Shown: positions 9,260 to 19,580, counted from the stretch's first letter. The stretch: 64,000 nt of DNA from Alphaproteobacteria bacterium (GCA_965227515.1 CBDDFZ010000001.1:2560001-2624000); one strand, 5' to 3'. Numbers and translations are program-made. Notes: generated by a model from the sequence alone, not told the origin.

Positions 9260-10845
9260 GCCGCGCTCTCCGCCGGCTGCGGTGCATCGCCTGCCGCCGG
9301 CAGGTTGAGCGAGCTGGAAACGATATTGGTCTCGGTAATGGTGTCGCCGGCCAGCTCGCGCACGATGGCGCCGTCATACATGATCAGCACCCTGTCGCAG
9401 CAGCCGATCAACTCATCATAGTCCGTGGTGTAGAACAGGATCGCGGTGCCGGCATCGGCCAGTTTTCGCAGGAGTTGGTACAACTCCTGTTTGGTGCCGA
9501 CGTCGATGCCGCGGGTGGGGTCGTTCAGGAGCACGATGCTGGCCCCGGTCATCAGCCATTTCGCGATCACCACCTTCTGCTGATTGCCGCCGGAGAGCGT
9601 GGCAACCGCATCGGCCGGGCTGCCGATCTTAATCCGAAGCTGCTCGACCATCTCGTCGACGCGCTCGGCCTCGCGGCCCCGGTCGATCACGCCCATGCGG
9701 GCGAGCTGCGGCAACGCAGCCATCGAAATGTTGTCGGCGATGGTCATCGGCAGCATCAGGCCCTCGGTCTTGCGATCCTCGGGGATCAGGGCCATGCCGT
9801 TGCGGGCCGACTTGGCGTTGGCTGGGCTGCCGATGCGCACATGTCGGCCGTGGACCAGGACCTCGCCGCTGACGCCGCGGAGCACGCCGAACAACGCCAG
9901 CAAAAGGTCGTTCTGACCCTGGCCATCCAACCCACCCAGGCCGACGATCTCGCCCTTCCCGACGCCGAGCGATACATCCTTCAGTACCGGAGGCCACCAC
10001 AAGTTGCGCGTTTCCAGCACCATTTCCGGCGCCTTCGGCCGGACGGGCTTGGGCGGGTAGACGTTGCTCATCTCCCGGCCGATCATCAGTTGCACGATTT
10101 CCTCGTCGCTGCGGGCACCCTTGGGAAAGGTCTCGATGTGGCGGCCATTGCGAAACACTGAGCACGTGTCGGCGAGCTGCTCGATCTCGTGCATGCGGTG
10201 CGAGATGTAGAGCAGGGCCAGACCCTCGTCGCGCAGGCGGTGCAGGATCTCGTAGACCTTCTCGACATCGGCGCTGGTCAGCGCGGACGTGGCTTCGTCC
10301 AGGATCAGGAGTTCGGGGTTGCGCCCCAGTGCCTTGGCGATTTCCACCATCTGGCGGCGCGACAACGGCAGGTTGCGCACCCGCTCGCGCGGGTCGATGT
10401 CCTCGCAGCCGACGCGTGCCAACAGCTCCTCGGACCGGCGGCGCTGGGCCCGCCCGTCGATCAGGCCGAGGCGGGTGCGCGGCGGTGCGGTAATGCAGAT
10501 ATTGTCGGCCACCGACAGGTGCGGCATCAGCGACAATTCCTGGAAGATGCACACGATGCCGGCGGCATTGGCCGCCAGCGGCGTAGGGAATTGCACCACT
10601 TGACCGTTCTGGCGGATCTCGCCGGTATCGGGCTGCACGACGCCGGAAATGATCTTGATCAGCGTCGACTTGCCGGCGCCGTTCTCGCCAAGCACGGCAT
10701 GGATCGAGTTCTTGCGGCAGGCGAAGTCCACGTCGCTCAGCGCGTGCACGCCGCCATAGCGCTTGGACACGCCCCGCATGTCGAGATAGGCGTCGCCCGC
10801 CGGAGGTGTCGCCCGGGGTGTCATTTTTTCGGTATCGCTGGCCAC
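9256..10845 (-). CDS. Sugar ABC transporter ATP-binding protein (RbsA/MglA-like)
   Basis: GENGAGKST Walker A, LILDEAT, PEDRK.EGL, LSGGNQQKV, DPTRGIDVG. Confidence 0.95.
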   Translation of the reverse strand: MASDTEKMTPRATPPAGDAYLDMRGVSKRYGGVHALSDVDFACRKNSIHAVLGENGAGKSTLIKIISGVVQPDTGEIRQNGQVVQFPTPLAANAAGIVCIFQELSLMPHLSVADNICITAPPRTRLGLIDGRAQRRRSEELLARVGCEDIDPRERVRNLPLSRRQMVEIAKALGRNPELLILDEATSALTSADVEKVYEILHRLRDEGLALLYISHRMHEIEQLADTCSVFRNGRHIETFPKGARSDEEIVQLMIGREMSNVYPPKPVRPKAPEMVLETRNLWWPPVLKDVSLGVGKGEIVGLGGLDGQGQNDLLLALFGVLRGVSGEVLVHGRHVRIGSPANAKSARNGMALIPEDRKTEGLMLPMTIADNISMAALPQLARMGVIDRGREAERVDEMVEQLRIKIGSPADAVATLSGGNQQKVVIAKWLMTGASIVLLNDPTRGIDVGTKQELYQLLRKLADAGTAILFYTTDYDELIGCCDRVLIMYDGAIVRELAGDTITETNIVSSSLNLPAAGDAPQPAESAA

Positions 10846-10977
10846 GACCTTGTCCGTTGCCGATGCTGCGGCAGCACCTGTTCAGAGATAAGGTTGAGAG
10901 CGGCGAGGCCCGCCGGCAGTGGCATTTCTGCCAGCCGCCCGAACGGGCCTCGCGCCATCTTCAGGAACGGCGTGGTG

Positions 10978-12108
10978 CTATTCGACCACGTCGTCAGAAG
11001 ACTGCGCCATGATCTCGGGCGCGGTGATGTTCACGTCGCATGGCGGGAACTCATTCGGCGTGAAGAAGTTGTCGGTCAAATCCGCCCAGAAGTTGACCCC
11101 ATCCTCCAACGTGGTGTGGTCAGCACTTGGGATCGGCACGGAGATCAACTGCGGCAACACCTCACCCTGCATGGCCGCGATCGCGGCCTTGATCGAGATC
11201 GCGACGAGACCGGGCGACTGGCCCTGAGACAGGCCGACCAGGCCCTCGCCGGAATGCTCGGCAATCAGCTTGCGGAACCCGTTCTCGGCCTCGCCCGCCA
11301 TCGGCACGAACGGATGACCGGCATCGATCATCGCGCGCACCGAGCCGGTGGAGCCGCCCTGGGTAAACACGGCGTCGAAGAAGCCGTGCACGGCAATGGC
11401 ATCGGCAGTCGCCTTCTGGGCGTCGCCGTCGGCCCAGTTGCCGACCACCTCGATGATCTCGAAGTCGTTGCCATCGGCCTCCATGACGTGGCGGAAGCCC
11501 TCATGCCGGTCGCGGTCGACGGAGTTGCCGGGAAGGCCGCGCACTTCGAGGATCTTGCCGGAATTGCCGATGTGCTCCATCAAGAATTCGGCAGAATTCA
11601 CGCCAAACGCAAACTGATCCTCGTTGACCATCATCACGTCGGTGGTGTCGAGAATGTTGTCGAACGGAATCAGCACGACATCGTTGCGATTGGCCAACCG
11701 GATCACCCGATCGAACCCGGTCGGAGACACGGCGATGGTGACGATGGCGTCGAAGCCCTGGTTGATGAAGTCCTCGATGGCGCCAAGCTGCACGGCGGCG
11801 TCGGTGCCGGTCGAGACCACCTTGAACTCTTCGATGTGTTCGGCGATGCCTTCCTGTTCCACGAACGCCTTGGCGGTCTGGATCATTTGAATGCGCCAGG
11901 TGTTGCCCACGAAGCCATTGACCAGCGCGATGCGATAGGGGCCTTCCCGCGCTTCCCACTGGAAAAAGCTGGTGTCTTCGTCCCAAGGCGCGAAGCACTC
12001 GGGCAGGTAGCCGGGGCCGTCGACGACCGCCGGCTCCGCGAACGCGAGGCCGCTGCCGCCGATGACGGCGCCTGCAATGACGGCAGGCAGCAGACGTGGT
12101 TTGAACAT
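10978..12108 (-). CDS. Sugar ABC transporter periplasmic substrate-binding protein
   Basis: Signal peptide (…GLAFA), LacI/RbsB-type periplasmic fold features, first gene of the ABC operon. Confidence 0.88.
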   Translation of the reverse strand: MFKPRLLPAVIAGAVIGGSGLAFAEPAVVDGPGYLPECFAPWDEDTSFFQWEAREGPYRIALVNGFVGNTWRIQMIQTAKAFVEQEGIAEHIEEFKVVSTGTDAAVQLGAIEDFINQGFDAIVTIAVSPTGFDRVIRLANRNDVVLIPFDNILDTTDVMMVNEDQFAFGVNSAEFLMEHIGNSGKILEVRGLPGNSVDRDRHEGFRHVMEADGNDFEIIEVVGNWADGDAQKATADAIAVHGFFDAVFTQGGSTGSVRAMIDAGHPFVPMAGEAENGFRKLIAEHSGEGLVGLSQGQSPGLVAISIKAAIAAMQGEVLPQLISVPIPSADHTTLEDGVNFWADLTDNFFTPNEFPPCDVNITAPEIMAQSSDDVVE

Positions 12109-12272
12109 TGTTTCCTCCTCCAGGACTTTGTAATCCATTTCACCAACCGGCCATTCGCGAACGAGGCCCGCGATCTGGTTTGCGCACCCTCAAGCGTTTG
12201 CGCATGTTTGTTTTGGACAGCCGGTCGCTGCAGCCGAATAATCGCACTGCTTTCGTGCGTGAGTAAAGTGGC

Positions 12273-12932
12273 ATGGGAATTTTTGAACATTGCGCGTTGG
12301 GTGCGTTTGTTTCCCGCTTGGCTTGCGGGTTGCTGCTCGGCATCGCCTTGGCAGGTTGCGGCTACATCGGTCCGCCCAGCGCCGTGCAGCCGATGGACAT
12401 TCCTGCCGCGCCCGTTGCGGCAAACACACAAGTGTATGACGTGGCGGCTTCGCGCAGCCTTTCCGCCCAGGGCCAGGCAACACTGGACGCCGGTCAGGTC
12501 GACCCCGCCATCGCCCAATTCGAGGCTGCGCTGGATGCCTGGCCGGCCAATGCCGAGGCCTGGAACGGGTTGGTCGATGCCTATCGCCGCCAGGGCAACG
12601 AGGCGGGCCTGGACTATGCGCGCTTCTTTGCCGGCCGCATGGCGTGGACCGAAACTGTGCCGCCCAGCGTGGCGGCCGGCGCCTTCCGCAACATGGCCGA
12701 CGGCCTGGCCGAGTCGCCGAGCGAAGACCCGCGCACCATCTCCAGGTCGGAGGAGGTGGCGGTCTATTTCGCCGGCCTCGAACTCGCCGTGAAGGCGGAT
12801 GGCGAGGGCATCCGCCCCGAGAGCGAGGACTGGTTCGACCAGTTCGGCTGGTACCCCGCCGCCGTGCTCTCCGCCGCCGCCGCCATCATGCTGCTGGAGC
12901 CGGCGATCACCGGGCTGATCAGCGATATCTAG
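12273..12932 (+). CDS. Putative lipoprotein with TPR-like repeat and hydrophobic C-terminus
   Basis: LAGC lipobox; AIAQFEAALDAWPANAEAWNGL TPR-like segment; start uncertain. Confidence 0.65.
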   Translation: MGIFEHCALGAFVSRLACGLLLGIALAGCGYIGPPSAVQPMDIPAAPVAANTQVYDVAASRSLSAQGQATLDAGQVDPAIAQFEAALDAWPANAEAWNGLVDAYRRQGNEAGLDYARFFAGRMAWTETVPPSVAAGAFRNMADGLAESPSEDPRTISRSEEVAVYFAGLELAVKADGEGIRPESEDWFDQFGWYPAAVLSAAAAIMLLEPAITGLISDI

Positions 12933-12990
12933 GTGATCGGCGTACCTGAGTTGCTCACGAGTGCTCCCATGCCCTCGCAGAAAGAAACGC

Positions 12991-13166
12991 CGTCGCCCTC
13001 GCGCTTGTCGCGAGGGCCCATTTGCGGGGCAGTCCGGGGCCGTGCCAAAGGAAGTTGTCAGTGTGAACCGTGGCTGCCGGTCGTCTGCCAGCCAAGCTGC
13101 CAATTCGCCTCAACCTATTGAGTTCTCGGGCAAACATGGGTCCTCGCCACAAGGGCGAGGACGACA
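12991..13166. repeat. ~180-bp REP doublet with internal IHF-like site (family B)
   Basis: cgtcgccctcgcgcttgtcgcgagggcccattt...catgggtcctcgccacaagggcgaggacgac. Confidence 0.8.
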
Positions 13167-13190
13167 AAAATTCTCTTTGGCTCAAGCTAT

Positions 13191-14315
13191 TCACAACCCC
13201 AGTGTGTCGATCTGGCGCTGGATGACCAGCGCTTCGTCGAACTCGGCGAGCGCGCGGGCGCGTCCTGCCTCGCCATAGGCACGACGCAGCGCCGGGTCGC
13301 GCACCAGCGTGTTCAGGGCCGCGGCGAGGGCAGGCGCGTCGTTCACCGGCACCAACAGGCCGGTCTTGCCCTCCACCACTTCCTCGCGGCTGCCGCGGAT
13401 ATCGGTCGCGACCACTGGCAGTCCGGTCATCATCGCCTCGATGATCGAGCGCGGCATGCCTTCACGGTGGGAGGGCAGGGTGAAGATGTCGGCGGCGCGC
13501 AACAGGTCGGGCACGTCGCTGCGGTGGCCGAGCAGGCGCACGCGATCCCGCAGCACCGGATCCGTTTCCACGGCGGCGATGGCCTGGTCGATGCCGCCGG
13601 CGTGGTCGCTGGCCAGCCGGGCGCCGACCACCCACAGCTCGGCGTCGACGTCGCGCATCGCCGCGATCAGTTCGGGATAGCCCTTCTCGGCGACCAGGCG
13701 GCCGACCGCCATGATCGCCACCCGCGCCTCCGGCGTGCCGAGTTCCTGGCGGATGCGCGCGCGGATGGCGCCGCTGTCGTCGGGGGCGAAGCGGGCCGGG
13801 TCGACACCGTTGCCGATGGCCTGCACCACCCGGCCGCGGCAGAGGTTGAGGCGCCGGGCAGTGTCCGCGTCCTCCTTGGCCTGGGTGAACAGCACGTCGG
13901 TGACGCGCCCGGCGATGCGCTCCAGGGTCACGAACGGCAGGCGCTTCAGGCGCCCCATCCGCTCGTGGAAGTAGAAGCCGTGGGCGGTGTAGACGATGTG
14001 CGGCACCCCGGCGCGGCGCGCGGCCAGCCGGCCGATCACCGAGGCGATCGGCGTATGGGTGTGCACCATGTCGAAGCGCTCGCGCCGGAACAGCCGCACC
14101 AGCTCGCGGTAGCTGCGCATGTGCGCGATCAGGTTGAAGGAGCGCGAGATCGAAACCGGCATCACCGGCACGTCCTCCCGCCGGGCGACGTCGAGCAGCG
14201 GGCCATCGGTGCAGGTCACCGTCACCTCGTGGCCGCGTTCGCGCAACGCCCGGATCAGCGGCATCAGGAAGTTGGCGACCGTGAAGTCGACCGCGCAAAG
14301 CTGGCAGATCTTCAT
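13191..14315 (-). CDS. Glycosyltransferase family 4
   Basis: HTHTP, HGF, GRLVAEKG, EGMPRSIIEAM (E-x7-E). Confidence 0.92.
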   Translation of the reverse strand: MKICQLCAVDFTVANFLMPLIRALRERGHEVTVTCTDGPLLDVARREDVPVMPVSISRSFNLIAHMRSYRELVRLFRRERFDMVHTHTPIASVIGRLAARRAGVPHIVYTAHGFYFHERMGRLKRLPFVTLERIAGRVTDVLFTQAKEDADTARRLNLCRGRVVQAIGNGVDPARFAPDDSGAIRARIRQELGTPEARVAIMAVGRLVAEKGYPELIAAMRDVDAELWVVGARLASDHAGGIDQAIAAVETDPVLRDRVRLLGHRSDVPDLLRAADIFTLPSHREGMPRSIIEAMMTGLPVVATDIRGSREEVVEGKTGLLVPVNDAPALAAALNTLVRDPALRRAYGEAGRARALAEFDEALVIQRQIDTLGL

Positions 14316-14331
14316 CGGGAGCGCCGGCGAC

Positions 14332-15390
14332 CTAATCCTTGCGCGGGGCCAGGGCTGACCGCATGGCGTCGAGCAGGCCGGCGGGCAGTGGCTGGCCGGT
14401 GCGCCTCGCCGGCACCGAGACGATGTCGATGTTCACCGCCTGCAACAGCATCTGGAAGCCGAGGATGATCGGCAGCACCGCCAGCATGATGGTGCCGACC
14501 GGCTGCGCGATGTCGCTGGCGATGCTGTCGATCCAAGTGATAGCGCCGAACACGATGCCGAACAGGAATAGCGGCAGGCCCAGCAGCATGTACACCGACG
14601 CCATGTTGAAGTCGTAGATGAAGTAACGCAGGAACACGCGCCGGATCGCGCCTTTCAGGAGCTTGCCGGGGAACGATGCGAGCACGTTGTGGGCCTTGAT
14701 CGAGCTCTGCTCGTCGCCGTAGCGCGCCGGCATCGACACGTCGGCCACCACCGCGTTCAGCGGGTTGAGCCGGATCAGCATGTCGGACTCGAAGAAATAG
14801 CGCCGCTCGATGCGGTCAAGCTCCATGGCGCGCAGCATGTCGCTGGAGATCGCGGTGTAGCCGTTGGTCGGGTCCATCACGTTCCAGTAGCCGGAGGCCC
14901 ACTTGACCGCGAACGACAGCATGGCGTTGGCGAATAGGCGCTGACGCGGCATGGAGCGCAGGGCGCGGAAGTCGCGGAAGCGGTTGCCCTTGGCGTAGTC
15001 GGCCTGGTCGCGCGCGACAGGCGCGACGATGTCGGGCAGCAGGGCCGGGTCCATCTGGTCGTCGCCGTCCATCTTCACCGCGATGTCGACGCCGTTGTCG
15101 ACCGCCCAGCGATAGCCGGTGACAGTGGCGCCGCCGACGCCCTGGTTCTTGTCGTGGCGCAGCACCACCAGGCGCGGGTCGCCGGTCGCCTCCGCAATCT
15201 TGCCGCTGTCGTCGGGGCAGGCGTCGTCCACCACCACGATGTGCCGCACGAAGCCGGGAATGCCATTGATGACGTTGGCGATGTGCCTGGCGACCCGGTA
15301 GGACGGGATGACGACCGCGACCACCGGCCCATCCGGTGCGGTCACGGACTTGGATGGTTGAGGTGCGGATGTATCGGCGGAATCCGGCAT
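14332..15390 (-). CDS. Glycosyltransferase family 2, DPM1/GtrB-like with two C-terminal TM helices
   Basis: VVIPSY, VDDAC.D, KMDGDDQ, KGNRF; C-terminal hydrophobic pair. Confidence 0.88.
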   Translation of the reverse strand: MPDSADTSAPQPSKSVTAPDGPVVAVVIPSYRVARHIANVINGIPGFVRHIVVVDDACPDDSGKIAEATGDPRLVVLRHDKNQGVGGATVTGYRWAVDNGVDIAVKMDGDDQMDPALLPDIVAPVARDQADYAKGNRFRDFRALRSMPRQRLFANAMLSFAVKWASGYWNVMDPTNGYTAISSDMLRAMELDRIERRYFFESDMLIRLNPLNAVVADVSMPARYGDEQSSIKAHNVLASFPGKLLKGAIRRVFLRYFIYDFNMASVYMLLGLPLFLFGIVFGAITWIDSIASDIAQPVGTIMLAVLPIILGFQMLLQAVNIDIVSVPARRTGQPLPAGLLDAMRSALAPRKD

Positions 15391-15495
15391 CGGTCTCGCG
15401 GGCGGATGAGGTGTCGCGTCAGTTCGCGGCCGGTATAGCAGGATTCGCCGACCGACGCGTCCAATAGGGCTGGGTCTTACCAGCCTATCTACGTC

Positions 15496-15526
15496 CGTCA
15501 TGCCCGCACTTGTTGCGGGCATGACG
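15496..15526. repeat. Single collapsed family A REP
   Basis: cgtcatgcccgcacttgttgcgggcatgacg. Confidence 0.8.
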
Positions 15527-15533
15527 ATTATTC

Positions 15534-16424
15534 TTATGGCTGGCTCTCGCGATCCATGCGGCGGAACACGTGCACGTTGGTATCGCTGGGCAACAGCCGC
15601 AGTACCGGCGTCAGGGCAGCGACCGCGCACCAGACGACGGCCGACCACGCCAGCCCGCCGCCGTCCATGCGCAGCCGCGACCACAGCCCGCTCAGCCGGG
15701 TCGACGCCAAACGACGTTCGCCAACGAACGCAAAACCGTGACGGGCGGCGAAGCGCTTCAGCGTCGCCGGGGTGAAGTAGGTGAGGTGCGGGGAGGGGAA
15801 GCCGACCTGCCACATGCGGCGGAACGGCCCGTCCATGCCGACGTGCGCCATCAGCGCGGCGATCCGGTAGAAGGTGCCGTTGGCGGCCGGGATGTTGATC
15901 GCCAGCACGCCGCCGTCGCTGAGCAGCCGGTGGCAGTCGTCCGCGGCGGCGGCCACATCGGGCAGGTGCTCGAACACGTCGTTGAAGACGATCACGTCAA
16001 AGCGCGCGCCCTCGGGCACCGCCTGCGGGAAGAAGCCGTCGACCACGTCGTGCCCGCGCGCGCGGGCCTTGTCGGCAATCGCACGGTCCGGCTCCAGGCC
16101 GGTGGCCTCGAACCCGGCAGCATTCGCGGTGTCGAGAAACCAGCCATGGGCGCAGCCGATGTCGATCAGCGCCATGCCGGGCGGCTGGGCGGCGCGGATC
16201 GCGTCCTTCACCAGCCCGAAGTTGTGCTGGCGCAGCGGCTGCAAGGCGCGTTCGCGCGCTTCCTCGTCGATGGCGCCGTCGCTGCTGTCGCCGGTCACTT
16301 CCGCTGCGACCGATGCACGGAATCCGCAATCGGCGCACCGAAGCTGCCAGTCGCGCAAGCCCCGCCGCATCGCGCCATCGCAGACCGGGCAGCCGACTGG
16401 GCACACGTCCTGTTTCGCCGTCAC
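15534..16424 (-). CDS. Class I SAM-dependent methyltransferase with N-terminal Zn ribbon
   Basis: CPVC...CADCG, DIGCAHGWF, DVFEHL; GTG start overlaps the upstream stop (GTGA). Confidence 0.85.
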   Translation of the reverse strand: MTAKQDVCPVGCPVCDGAMRRGLRDWQLRCADCGFRASVAAEVTGDSSDGAIDEEARERALQPLRQHNFGLVKDAIRAAQPPGMALIDIGCAHGWFLDTANAAGFEATGLEPDRAIADKARARGHDVVDGFFPQAVPEGARFDVIVFNDVFEHLPDVAAAADDCHRLLSDGGVLAINIPAANGTFYRIAALMAHVGMDGPFRRMWQVGFPSPHLTYFTPATLKRFAARHGFAFVGERRLASTRLSGLWSRLRMDGGGLAWSAVVWCAVAALTPVLRLLPSDTNVHVFRRMDRESQP

Positions 16425-16774
16425 AGCGCCCGCTGGGTCAGCACGACGCCAATCACGATCAGGCCGACGCCGGCCCAATAGCTCCAGGAGACGTTCTCCT
16501 TGAACAACAAAATGCCGATCAGCGGCACCAGCACGAAGGTCAGCGCCACGAACGGATAGGCGGCCGTCAGCGGCACGCTTCGCAGGGCTATCACCCACAA
16601 GACCGTGGCGCCGGCGTAGACGATGCCGGCGGCATAGAGCACCGGGTCCTGAATGGCGTGCCAGATCGGCGCGCCTTGCGGCAGGCGCTCGGCGGTCAGC
16701 TTGAACAGGGCCTGGCCGCCGGCGATGGTGACGACGACGGCGAGAATGAGCCCCAGGTTGGCCAGTGACGGCAT
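16421..16774 (-). CDS. Small 4-TM EamA/SMR-like transporter (ArnE/ArnF-like flippase)
   Basis: 117 aa, four hydrophobic helices, GQALFK and W..AL..VPL..AYP motifs. Confidence 0.8.
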   Translation of the reverse strand: MPSLANLGLILAVVVTIAGGQALFKLTAERLPQGAPIWHAIQDPVLYAAGIVYAGATVLWVIALRSVPLTAAYPFVALTFVLVPLIGILLFKENVSWSYWAGVGLIVIGVVLTQRAL

Positions 16775-16825
16775 GAGGTGGAACCCGGATGACGCGCCGC
16801 GCACCCGGCCACTGAAGTTAGGCGG

Positions 16826-17776
16826 TCAGGCGACTTGACGGCGCGCGGTGGCGTAGTTGTCGAGGAACCATCGGTACGTGCTGGCGACGCCCTCTTCAAG
16901 GCCGATCTTCGGCTGCCAGCCCAGTGCGTTCAGCCGCGAGGTGTCGACCAGCTTGCGCGGCATGCCATCGGGCTTGGAGGTATCGAAGGTCAGCGCGCCC
17001 TCGAAGCCCACGACCTCCTTCACCAGCGCGGCAAGGTCGCCGATGGAGATGTCGCTGCCGGCGCCGACGTTGATGATCTCCGGCTGCTCGTAGTTCTGCA
17101 TCAGGAAGACCAGCGCGTCGGCCAGGTCGTCGACGTGCAGGAACTCGCGCTTCGGCGTGCCGGTGCCCCACACCACCACCTCGCGGTCGCCGTTCTGCTT
17201 GGCCAGATGGAAGCGGTGGATCAGCGCCGGCATCACGTGGGCGGCCTGCAGGTCGAAATTGTCGTGCGGCCCATAGAGGTTGGTCGGCATCGCCGAGATG
17301 GCGTTGAAGCCGTACTGGTGGCGATAGGCGCGGCACATCTCGATGCCGGCGATCTTGGCCACCGCATAGGGCTGGTTGGTCGGCTCCAGGTGGCCCGACA
17401 GCAGCGCCTCCTCGGGGATCGGCTGTGGCGCATTGCGCGGGTAGATGCACGACGAGCCCAGGAACATCAGCTTGGTGGTGCCGTGGCGTCGCGCCGCCTC
17501 GATCACCGCAAGCTGGATCTGCAAGTTCTCGCGGATGAAGTCGCCGGTGTAGGTCGAGTTGGCGTGGATGCCGCCGACCCGGGCGGCGGCCAGGAACACA
17601 TAGGCGGGCTTCTCGGCGGCGAAGAAGCGGTCGACGGCGGCAGCGTCGGTGAGGTCGAGCTCGGTCCGGCTGCGCAGCAGCAGGTTGTCGAACCCGCCCT
17701 CGTTGAGTCGGCGCACGATGGCGGAGCCCACCAGCCCGCGATGGCCGGCAACGAAGATCGACGATGACTTATCCAT
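16826..17776 (-). CDS. fcl: GDP-L-fucose synthase
   Basis: [41 protein letters not shown]. Confidence 0.96.
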   Translation of the reverse strand: MDKSSSIFVAGHRGLVGSAIVRRLNEGGFDNLLLRSRTELDLTDAAAVDRFFAAEKPAYVFLAAARVGGIHANSTYTGDFIRENLQIQLAVIEAARRHGTTKLMFLGSSCIYPRNAPQPIPEEALLSGHLEPTNQPYAVAKIAGIEMCRAYRHQYGFNAISAMPTNLYGPHDNFDLQAAHVMPALIHRFHLAKQNGDREVVVWGTGTPKREFLHVDDLADALVFLMQNYEQPEIINVGAGSDISIGDLAALVKEVVGFEGALTFDTSKPDGMPRKLVDTSRLNALGWQPKIGLEEGVASTYRWFLDNYATARRQVA

Positions 17777-18815
17777 TGGCGGCGGCCCGGTTTGCCATCT
17801 GGTCGCGCGCGGCGTTCAGAATAGCCTCTTCCTTGGCCAGTTCCATGTCGTGGTCGACCATCATTCGCACCAGCCCCTCGAACGACACCTTGGGCTGCCA
17901 GCCCAGCACATCCTTGGCCTTGCTGGCATCGCCTTGCAGGAAGTCGACCTCCGCCGGCCGGAAATAGCGCGGGTCGATGGCGACCGCGTTGCCGACATCC
18001 ACGCCGACCATGTTGGCGGCCATGTCCAGGAACTGCTGCACCGACCAGGCCTCGCCAGTGGCGACCACGAAGTCGTCCGGCGTGTCGGCCTGCAGCATCA
18101 GCCACATCGCCTCCACATAGTCGCCGGCAAAGCCCCAGTCGCGTTTGGCATCCAGATTGCCGAGGTAGAGCTTGTCCTGCAGGCCGAGCTTGATGCGAGT
18201 CAGCGCGCGGGTGATCTTGCGGGTGACGAAGGTCTCGCCACGGCGCGGGCTCTCGTGGTTGAACAGGATGCCGTTGGCCACGAACATGTCGTAGCTCTCG
18301 CGGTAGTTCACCGCGTACCAATGCGCCGCCACCTTGGCCACCGCATAGGGGCTGCGCGGGTAGAACGGGGTCGCCTCGCTCTGCGGCGGCTTGGCCGCAC
18401 CGTACATTTCCGACGAGCCGGCCTGGTAGACCCGGATCTGCTGACCGGAGATCTGCTGTTGCTCGCGCACAGCCTCCAGCAGGCGCAACGTCCCCATCGC
18501 CACCACGTCGGAGGTGAATTCCGGCTGGTCGAACGACACCCGCACATGGCTCTGGGCGCCCAGATTGTAGATTTCATCGGGCTGCACCGCGCCGATGATC
18601 CTTCTGAGCGTGCCGCCGTCGCTGAGATCGCCGTAGTGCAGGGTCAGCCGAGCACCGCTGGCGTGGGGGTCGTGGTAGATGTGATCGATTCGCCCGGTGT
18701 TGAAGCTGGACGACCGGCGGATGATGCCGTGGACGGCATAGCCCTTGGCGAGCAGGAACTCGGCCAGATACGAGCCATCCTGCCCGGTGATGCCGGTGAT
18801 CAGTGCTTTCTTCAT
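17769..18815 (-). CDS. gmd: GDP-mannose 4,6-dehydratase
   Basis: [41 protein letters not shown]. Confidence 0.97.
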   Translation of the reverse strand: MKKALITGITGQDGSYLAEFLLAKGYAVHGIIRRSSSFNTGRIDHIYHDPHASGARLTLHYGDLSDGGTLRRIIGAVQPDEIYNLGAQSHVRVSFDQPEFTSDVVAMGTLRLLEAVREQQQISGQQIRVYQAGSSEMYGAAKPPQSEATPFYPRSPYAVAKVAAHWYAVNYRESYDMFVANGILFNHESPRRGETFVTRKITRALTRIKLGLQDKLYLGNLDAKRDWGFAGDYVEAMWLMLQADTPDDFVVATGEAWSVQQFLDMAANMVGVDVGNAVAIDPRYFRPAEVDFLQGDASKAKDVLGWQPKVSFEGLVRMMVDHDMELAKEEAILNAARDQMANRAAANG

Positions 18816-18903
18816 CGCGATCTCTTTGGTCTCGTGCTAAGCGCCCTGCGGCACCGCCGTGGGCGGGCCTGGGTTGGGAACGGCGTCTCAAGTCGCGGGC
18901 GTT

Positions 18904-18990
18904 AAGTCTGCGCCTGCCCTCTCCCCCACCCGACCCCCCGTCGCCAGTATGATTGGGGCGGTCGGGTGGGGGAGAGGGCTGGTGCCGATT
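18904..18990. repeat. ~88-bp hairpin repeat (family C)
   Basis: aagtctgcgcc..ccctctcccccacccg...cgggtgggggagagggctggtgccga; copies at 25574, 31119 and 61258. Confidence 0.85.
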
Positions 18991-19025
18991 CAGCGTCAGC
19001 GTCCGACGATCCAAGGCAGAAAACT

Positions 19026-19553
19026 ATGGCTTTGTTAGCATATCGTGAGCGTAGCCCGATAGTCGGCCATCGCGTGTTCGTCGCGCCCGGCGCGACCGTG
19101 GCCGGCGACGTGACCATCGGGGACCATTCGGGCCTGTGGTTCGGGGTCGTGGTGCGCGGCGACGTCAACATCGTGCGCATCGGTGCGCGCACCAACATCC
19201 AGGACGGCACGGTGGTTCATGTCAGCCGCAACGGCAAGGGCACCCACATCGGTGATGACGTGACCGTGGGCCACATGGCGATGCTTCACGACTGCCGGCT
19301 GGAGAATCGCTCGTTCGTCGGCATGCAGGCGTGCGTGATGGACGGTGCGGTGGTCGAGACCGGGGCGATGGTGGCGGCGGGCGCGCTGGTGACGCCGGGC
19401 AAGCGGGTGCCGGCGGGCGAGGTGTGGGGCGGCCGGCCAGCCAAGTTCATGCGCGCGCTGACCGACGACGAGGCCGCTTACCTGCAAACCTCCGCCGACA
19501 ACTACGTGGCGCTGGCGGCGGAGTACCTGGACGCCGGCATCGGCTGGACGTGA
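19026..19553 (+). CDS. Gamma carbonic anhydrase family (YrdA/CaiE-like hexapeptide) protein
   Basis: VVRGDVN.VRIG.RTNIQD...H, VGH..MLH. Confidence 0.92.
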   Translation: MALLAYRERSPIVGHRVFVAPGATVAGDVTIGDHSGLWFGVVVRGDVNIVRIGARTNIQDGTVVHVSRNGKGTHIGDDVTVGHMAMLHDCRLENRSFVGMQACVMDGAVVETGAMVAAGALVTPGKRVPAGEVWGGRPAKFMRALTDDEAAYLQTSADNYVALAAEYLDAGIGWT

Positions 19554-19580
19554 CGGGCGCATCGTGACCGGCAGAAACCG

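Noticed and set aside
12190-12204. LacI-like operator (CAAGCGTTTG) upstream of the sugar-binding protein
   Set aside because: Short, imperfect palindrome and no LacI regulator in the window; not distinguishable from chance.
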